A stretch of DNA of 64,000 nucleotides, taken from Fibrobacteria bacterium. Lineage in GTDB: Bacteria; Fibrobacterota; Fibrobacteria; UBA11236. The position numbers and the translations under genes are program-made. The notes beneath the pieces were generated by a model. That model was given only the letters and a program-made list of their open reading frames with translations, did not search any database and was not told the DNA's origin. The stretch spans positions 44,399 to 108,398 of the forward strand of contig JAYTSD010000028.1 in assembly GCA_043745805.1 (NCBI GenBank). The letters are read 5' to 3'. Positions 58,182 through 64,000 of the stretch are shown here, in pieces. Every line of letters begins with the position of its first letter. Positions within the stretch are counted from its first letter, which is position 1.

Positions 58182-59087
58182 ATGAAATTGAGCAAATCAG
58201 ATCTCCCTTATTTTTTAGCAATTCGACTGAGTTTATTTCTCGTATTGGGTTTTATTTCCGCTTGTAGGCAAGAGGTGAATTTTCATCCCGTTAGGCCCCA
58301 ACATGCGATTATGCATATCAATCATTTGGGCACTTATTCGTCTAAAGTGGAAGAGGAAAAAGAAGTTGAAGGAACCGTTTTTCAAACAAATATCACCTAT
58401 GTTTTGGACAAAAAAAACACCGGCTGGAGTTTACGACGGCATACTGATAGCCTCATTGCAGTGGGCTATCATAAAAAATCATTAGCGACGGAATTAGAAA
58501 AAAAAATAAATCTCGACTTAGAATTGGGAAATGATTTTATTCCTACGCATATTGCGGGCTATGATTCTATTTATAAAGTTTTTGGACGCATTGAACAAAA
58601 AGATTCGTATAAGGCTTATTTATTAGCTCATCTCGACACGCTTTTTTTTCAGGCGGAAATTAGAGATCGTTTTCGTTTATTAAATATTTTACCCGAAGGA
58701 AAAATTAAGGCGGACACTTTACTATCCGTAGAAAAAATTAATACGCAATTAGAATCCATCAAGCTAGATTCCTTGCGCTTTCAAGGCGCACGGCCGCGCT
58801 TACGTCGTGACTGTATTGAATACGAAGCCTTTTATCATCGCCAAGATTCTTTACCTTTAATGGTAGAACAGATGTTATTTTCGGCCCCCAAAAATCGTCG
58901 TTTTCGTCATGATACTTGGAGTCCTGGTAAAGTAGAGGGTATTTGGCATTTTTCTTTAGATCTTAAAACGGGTTTAAGTTGTTTTGAATCGCGCACTGAA
59001 ATTGGGGCTTTAACATTAAAAAATAAAGAAGAAAAAATTGAAACGCCAATTTTATTGTATCGCTATGATGAAGATATTTTCAATTAA
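58182..59087 (+). CDS. Hypothetical lipoprotein
   Basis: Lipobox ISAC; long ORF. Confidence 0.7.
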   Translation: MKLSKSDLPYFLAIRLSLFLVLGFISACRQEVNFHPVRPQHAIMHINHLGTYSSKVEEEKEVEGTVFQTNITYVLDKKNTGWSLRRHTDSLIAVGYHKKSLATELEKKINLDLELGNDFIPTHIAGYDSIYKVFGRIEQKDSYKAYLLAHLDTLFFQAEIRDRFRLLNILPEGKIKADTLLSVEKINTQLESIKLDSLRFQGARPRLRRDCIEYEAFYHRQDSLPLMVEQMLFSAPKNRRFRHDTWSPGKVEGIWHFSLDLKTGLSCFESRTEIGALTLKNKEEKIETPILLYRYDEDIFN

Positions 59088-59460
59088 TACTCGATTGCTT
59101 TTTGTCCTTCTTATTTTGCCTTGCGTTTTCGCGGCCTGCGCCTTTACCGACTATGGCAATCGTATTAATCAGGAACAAATTGATGTGGCTAAATTGGAAA
59201 ATAAACGCCAAGATTTAGAAACACATTTAGTCATCATTTTAAATAGCCTTGAATTACATCCCATGGAAAAATCCTTACGCGAGGATCGCGATAAAACTCG
59301 TCAAAAATTACAGGATATTATTTATCAAATTGATTCAAAACGAAAATCTTTCGATCAAAGCATTCACGAATGGGAAGAGAAAATCAATCAAGACCGACTA
59401 GAACATGAAATGATCGACAAAGAAGTTAAAGAGAATGAAGATAAAGTGGAGCAACCTTGA
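59065..59460 (+). CDS. Hypothetical coiled-coil lipoprotein
   Basis: Lipobox FAAC followed by a heptad-rich acidic helix. Confidence 0.7.
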   Translation: MMKIFSINTRLLFVLLILPCVFAACAFTDYGNRINQEQIDVAKLENKRQDLETHLVIILNSLELHPMEKSLREDRDKTRQKLQDIIYQIDSKRKSFDQSIHEWEEKINQDRLEHEMIDKEVKENEDKVEQP

Positions 59461-59540
59461 AGATTTTTTTTAGGATCAAAGATATTTCTCAAAAAAAAAC
59501 TAACCTAAACTAAGCATCGCCTCTCATAAACTTTGTTACC

Positions 59541-60248
59541 CTATAAATTCCCCACATGAAAAATCTGAAATAAAAAGGGAGCCATGCGCGGGCTACTTTT
59601 AGTGGTAAGCCATTGCAATAAGGTGGCCTCATCCCAGTGAGGAAGAGGCTTTCGGTCATAAACTAAAAGAAAAAATTTAGGCACAAAATCCTTTTTCGAA
59701 TTTTTTAATAAAGCAAATTCCGGTTTTTTATCCGCTTTAACAAAGGCTCTGCTGCTGTCTTCCCAAATGGAAAAGGTATGCAGCGCTTGGTTTTTTTCAT
59801 ACACACCTAACACTTGCACATAATAACTTCCACTATCGTGAATGGAAAAACTTAGGGAATCCTGCACGGAAAAATTAGCATCAAAATAATGCCAACCTTG
59901 TGCGGAATTATAAATCAACTCCAAACTTGAGGCATTGCCATCTTGTAATATAAAAGTGGAGTTACTTCCTGGCTTGGCAAACCAATGACCAGAAATTGCG
60001 ACTAAAATTACAATTAGTAATAGAATGGGCATGACCGAATTAAAACGCATTTTACTACCCGTGTATTGTTTCCGATGCATTAATACACGTTGCCAAATCG
60101 GACGAGCAAAAACTTGGGGTTTATTTTGCAATACTTCGAGACGAGCTTGCCATTCTTCAGACTTGCTAAGCTGGGCTTCTACATATTCAGTCTCCTCTTT
60201 GCTTAGAAGACCTTCCAAATATTTTTGTAAACGTAAATCGGTTATCAT
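59541..60248 (-). CDS. Anti-sigma-factor-like membrane protein
   Basis: N-terminal LQKYLEGLLSKEE..VEAQL resembles the zf-HC2 anti-sigma domain; one TM; extracytoplasmic C-terminus. Confidence 0.55.
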   Translation of the reverse strand: MITDLRLQKYLEGLLSKEETEYVEAQLSKSEEWQARLEVLQNKPQVFARPIWQRVLMHRKQYTGSKMRFNSVMPILLLIVILVAISGHWFAKPGSNSTFILQDGNASSLELIYNSAQGWHYFDANFSVQDSLSFSIHDSGSYYVQVLGVYEKNQALHTFSIWEDSSRAFVKADKKPEFALLKNSKKDFVPKFFLLVYDRKPLPHWDEATLLQWLTTKSSPRMAPFLFQIFHVGNL

Positions 60249-60337
60249 GCTCTTATTCTACACTGATTTCGCAAAATAAAAGTACGGAATTTTAGCGTGC
60301 AGACATTTTCACGCTAGCAGAAAAATTATTCCAAAGA

Positions 60338-61366
60338 CTAGACCACAGCTTGAGGCTGAATCGGATTGCTTACCTTGGCTGTGGCAATAGCTGTCCATGC
60401 AGGTGCAGCAGTGGGGATTATGCCCGCCACAGGCTCGGTTTGCGGAGTGAGTAGGCGTTTAGGCACAGGTTTTAAATCCCAAACTAAACCTAATTTAGAC
60501 AGCCCCCAAAGGAGGTAATAAGTAACATCGATTTCCCACCAATAAAAACCTTGGCGAACTGAATTAGCATAGTGGTGATGATTATTATGCCAACCTTCGC
60601 CCATGGTCAAAATGGCCAACCAAAAATTATTGCGACTATCATCTGTCGTTTCAAAACGACGTTTACCCCATACATGGGCCAAAGAGTTAATGGTAAATGT
60701 TCCATGTGCTAAAGCTACCGTGGAAATAAAAAAGCCCCAAATCAACATTTGAAAAGCATTAGTATGCAAGCCTGGAAAATATTTTTCTAAAGCCATACCG
60801 AAAACGAAAACCATAAAACCCAATACCATAGGTGCAATAATATCATAGCGATCCAAAAAGGTTAATTCAGGGAAGCGCAAAAAATCTTTAATGCCTGTTT
60901 TTTTCGTGGCGTAGTTCATCGGTTTACTAAACCATAACATATGGCTAGACCAAAAACCGTGTTGGCGTGGGGAATGAATATCCTCGGCTTCGTCGGAAGT
61001 ACGATGATGATCGCGATGATGCGAGGCCCACCAAAGGGGTCCACGTTGCGAAGACATATTTCCCAAAAAGGCAAAGAGAAATTGGAACCAGCGACTAGTT
61101 TTATAAGTTTTATGGGCTAAATAACGATGATAAAAACCTGTGATGGCAAACATACGGGCAAAGTATAAAAACACCGCCGTTCCCACAGCTATGGGGCTCC
61201 ATCCCACTTTAAAAACAAAAAGGCACATTAAGTGCAGGGTTAAAAATGGCAGTAACCGAATCCATTGCACTTTGCTGGAATTGGCATAAATAGCATCTTC
61301 CTTTTGCGAATGCGTATCGAGCCATTGAAAGGCCGGTTTATAAAAAGCAAGACTGAAAACAGACAT
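60338..61366 (-). CDS. Membrane delta-9-type fatty acid desaturase
   Basis: His boxes HRYLAH, HRDHH and GEGWHNNHH. Confidence 0.93.
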   Translation of the reverse strand: MSVFSLAFYKPAFQWLDTHSQKEDAIYANSSKVQWIRLLPFLTLHLMCLFVFKVGWSPIAVGTAVFLYFARMFAITGFYHRYLAHKTYKTSRWFQFLFAFLGNMSSQRGPLWWASHHRDHHRTSDEAEDIHSPRQHGFWSSHMLWFSKPMNYATKKTGIKDFLRFPELTFLDRYDIIAPMVLGFMVFVFGMALEKYFPGLHTNAFQMLIWGFFISTVALAHGTFTINSLAHVWGKRRFETTDDSRNNFWLAILTMGEGWHNNHHHYANSVRQGFYWWEIDVTYYLLWGLSKLGLVWDLKPVPKRLLTPQTEPVAGIIPTAAPAWTAIATAKVSNPIQPQAVV

Positions 61367-61513
61367 GTAACAATTCTCCTATGACCCCTATATTGTAAGT
61401 GATTAGACTTAAAAAAACCTTGGAAAAGAAACGGTCTGACAATTTTTTACAACTGTATTTGGGAGTAAAATCATTTAGGCTTTGCTTTAAGTTTTTGGGG
61501 GGAGTAATGGTTC

Positions 61514-62476
61514 TTAAGGTCGAGGGATTTGGTCTTTTGTCACCGTAACTTGAATGTTATTTTGATCGGTCAAACCCATTAAACTAGGATCGGGAAACGG
61601 GTTATGGGGAGAGAATATTAAAGCCAATTCTTTGGCAATGGCGTCTTCATCATGATGCCATTTGGAAATACGTGGGTATTCGGCCAGTACTTGCGCTGTG
61701 GCGTTTGCCATTGCAATGCCAATTCCTGCTAACCTTAGCATATCCAAATCATTTTCAGCATCCCCAAAAGCCAATAGCTCCGAGGCTTGCAGGCCATGTG
61801 AGGCTAACCAAAATTCTAAAGCAGTCCCTTTGGATAAATCTTTTTCGATAAATTCCAAATACTCTGGATTAGATTTAAGCACGGCACAATGCGATTTAAA
61901 AGTTGCAAAAATTTGATCATAATAAAAATTGCGACGTGCCGGCGTTTCAATCACTAAGAGCTTCACAATATTGTCGATGGGCAAAGCTTTTAACTGATTG
62001 GTTTTCAGCGTGTATTCGGCTAGGGTATAGCCGCTATAAAAATCACTAAATGCAAAATCACTTTGTGGATGATAAGCATAGAGCTTATCATTACGATAAA
62101 CATTGAGAAATAAATTTTCCCTCTCACATAATTCATATACGGCTTGAATAGAATGAATTTGCATATTGCGATGATAAACTGTTTTCCATTTTTTTTTATT
62201 CGACGCTTTGACATCCACGGGTTCTGATTTCATACTTTCAAATTTATTAGGCTCTAATATTTGCGCGCCATTAAATGAAATTACCGAAACTTGACCTTTA
62301 AAACGTTCAGCAAAAGGCGTAATGCGCGTGGTCATACGGCCCGAAGCTAAAACCAATCGCAAACCCATATCCAAAACCCTTTGAATAGCAGCATGTGTAG
62401 CAACAGAAATATCACCCTTTGAATTGAGTAAAGTACCGTCTAAATCAATAGCTATGGCTTTTAGAGGGCTTTGCAT
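61514..62476 (-). CDS. Cof-like HAD-superfamily hydrolase
   Basis: DLDGTLL, ASGR, SKG and FGDAENDLDML motifs. Confidence 0.92.
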   Translation of the reverse strand: MQSPLKAIAIDLDGTLLNSKGDISVATHAAIQRVLDMGLRLVLASGRMTTRITPFAERFKGQVSVISFNGAQILEPNKFESMKSEPVDVKASNKKKWKTVYHRNMQIHSIQAVYELCERENLFLNVYRNDKLYAYHPQSDFAFSDFYSGYTLAEYTLKTNQLKALPIDNIVKLLVIETPARRNFYYDQIFATFKSHCAVLKSNPEYLEFIEKDLSKGTALEFWLASHGLQASELLAFGDAENDLDMLRLAGIGIAMANATAQVLAEYPRISKWHHDEDAIAKELALIFSPHNPFPDPSLMGLTDQNNIQVTVTKDQIPRP

Positions 62477-62519
62477 GAATGTCAACTTTCGCAAATAATG
62501 ATGAGGTCAAAAAATAAAT

Positions 62520-62546
62520 TAAAGTTCACTTTAATGTTGCCGATAA
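62520..62546 (+). promoter_or_regulatory. sigma28 (FliA) promoter
   Basis: TAAA-N15-GCCGATAA, a consensus match. Confidence 0.9.
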
Positions 62547-62584
62547 ATAAACAGCGGTTGTCACATTTCAAATAGGACGTTGCT

Positions 62585-63418
62585 ATGCAAATCAATAATT
62601 CTACGGGAAAATCCCTCGCCTTCAATCTGGAAAAAAACCAAAATGAAATGGCTAAAATTCAGGAAAAATTAGCGACGGGCAAAAAACTCAATCGCGCCTC
62701 CGATGATGCGGCCTCTATGTCTATGGCTAAAGAACTAGAGAAACAAGTACAAGCGAATCATGTGGCTGCTAATAATATTGATGATGGCATGAGCGCCATA
62801 AATATAGCCGATGGAGCTAGTTCAAATATTTCGGATATTCTCCAAAGGCAAAGTGATTTAAGTTTACAAGCGGCCAATGGCACATTAAATAATGATCAAC
62901 GATCCATTTTGGATAATGAATTTCAATCGTTGAGTCAAGAAATTGATCGCATTACCAAAAATACCCAATACAATGGGCAAAATTTATTGGATGGAGGCAG
63001 CGCGCTTTCGAATGGGCAAGGGCATATACAAGTGGGTGGCAGCGATTCGGCCTCCGATAAAATCAATACTTCGTCTAGCGATATAAGTTTAGCAGCTTTA
63101 CAAACAGGTGGTCTTAATATTTCCACCGCCAATGGTGCTAGTAGTGCTTTATCCACCTTGGACCAGGCACGCAACCTCGTCACTCAAAATCGAGTGCAAG
63201 GAGGCAGCTTATATAATCGACTGGGATTTGCCCAAAAGAACTCCCAAAACCAAGAAATTAACACCACGGCAGCCTTGTCACGCATTCAAGATACGGATTA
63301 TGCCAAAAGCCTTACCGATCAAGTCAGCGCCAATTTAATCAGCGCTACGGCCACCTCGGCCTTGCATCAATACACCCAAGTTACCCAATCCCATTTAATC
63401 TCGCTATTGCAATCCTGA
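62585..63418 (+). CDS. Short flagellin
   Basis: EKLATGKKLNRASDDAA, QAANGT, EIDRI...YNGQNLL and SRIQDTDYA motifs. Confidence 0.92.
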   Translation: MQINNSTGKSLAFNLEKNQNEMAKIQEKLATGKKLNRASDDAASMSMAKELEKQVQANHVAANNIDDGMSAINIADGASSNISDILQRQSDLSLQAANGTLNNDQRSILDNEFQSLSQEIDRITKNTQYNGQNLLDGGSALSNGQGHIQVGGSDSASDKINTSSSDISLAALQTGGLNISTANGASSALSTLDQARNLVTQNRVQGGSLYNRLGFAQKNSQNQEINTTAALSRIQDTDYAKSLTDQVSANLISATATSALHQYTQVTQSHLISLLQS

Positions 63419-63451
63419 AGGTTTGGAGTATATTATCAATTAAACAATTAA

Positions 63452-63813
63452 GGGGGCGCCAAGGTTTCGACGGGATTTGACGAGTTAAAAGTTGCATGCA
63501 GAGGATTCTGGTTGGCCTCTTAAAAAAACCGGAAAAAAAACAAATGCAGAAGACAATTACTCTTATGCAATGGCTGCCTAATTAAAAACTAGAAGCCACG
63601 ATTGACTAGTCTCCGCCTCAAGGACTAGAAGATCGTCATACTTTGAGGCTGGGTGGGGTGATGTCTGGGCGCCTTTACTAAGATACTCTAGACTAGCGAC
63701 TGCAATAACCGATTCCTAGGGTGATTGCAAGGGCGAATCCAAATCAGGAACGAAGCATGTAGGAGCGATTAGCAAGCAGATTTCGGACGCGGGTTCGATT
63801 CCCGCCGCCTCCA
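63452..63813 (+). ncRNA. ssrA: tmRNA; tag peptide AEDNYSYAMAA (63546-63581)
   Basis: 5' GGGGGCG pairs with 3' CGCCTCC-A including G3:U; TTCGAC D-region; T-arm GCGGGTTCGATTCCCGC; tag ORF ends AA-stop; CCA not encoded. Confidence 0.97.
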
Positions 63814-63824
63814 GATTTTAAAAA

Positions 63825-63859
63825 GCCCTTCGTTATCAATAGCGAAGGGCCTTTTTTTT
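63825..63859 (+). terminator. Intrinsic terminator of ssrA
   Basis: GCCCTTCGTTA-TCAA-TAGCGAAGGGC followed by a T run. Confidence 0.9.
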
Positions 63860-64000
63860 AGGGGTTTAAGTTAATCGCAGATTTTATAAAAAATTGGATC
63901 CGGGTCAAGTCCTAAAAAATGTTTACACTTTTTATGTTGGTAATCTTGTTTTAGACTCATATCCAAGAGTCCATTTCTTGTTTTATTCGTTTCCCATCTG

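Noticed and set aside
2032-63338. Numerous short antisense or alternative-frame ORFs in the track (e.g. 2032-2568, 10899-11339, 26593-27015, 54362-54778)
   Set aside because: They lie within well-supported genes and show no recognisable motifs; treated as shadow ORFs.
1-64000. CRISPR array, rRNA or IS transposase
   Set aside because: No regularly spaced repeat array, rRNA-like sequence or transposase ORF was seen.
63860-64000. Possible 3' end of a minus-strand gene and a GGATCCGGGTCAAG repeat-like fragment at the window edge
   Set aside because: Too short to fix the reading frame or to confirm a repeat.

Overview
AT-rich bacterial chromosomal segment, most likely from the FCB group and plausibly Fibrobacterota. 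This is inferred from a T9SS-type C-terminal sorting domain, a sigma28-driven flagellin, a short ParC/ParE pair and the tmRNA tag AEDNYSYAMAA. Positions 1-5202 are the end of an integrative element at the 3' side of tRNA-Gly(GCC): a VirB10/TraM-like C-terminus, four unknown exported proteins, excisionase, tyrosine integrase and tandem arm-type sites. The rest is mostly housekeeping (hldD, nth, ychF, mnmG, prc, pyc, FKBP PPIase, uup-like ABC-F, parC/parE, desaturase, flagellin, ssrA) with accessory modules in between. These include (i) a small DNA-binding protein plus GSU2403-type nucleotidyltransferase behind two inverted operator units, (ii) a biuret scavenging cluster (atzF divergent from Tsx/OmpK channel, BMP-type ABC importer, cupin, biuH, then a MalT-like regulator) with divergent sigma54 promoters, and (iii) two paralogous membrane-TPR-C39-like proteins, one with an intact Cys-His-Asp triad and one catalytically dead, upstream of an ABC exporter. 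Smaller items are gene remnants (internally deleted Fic, SDR stub), GTAG-type REP palindromes and a Phd/RelE toxin-antitoxin pair. All family assignments come from motif recognition by eye; no database search was run.
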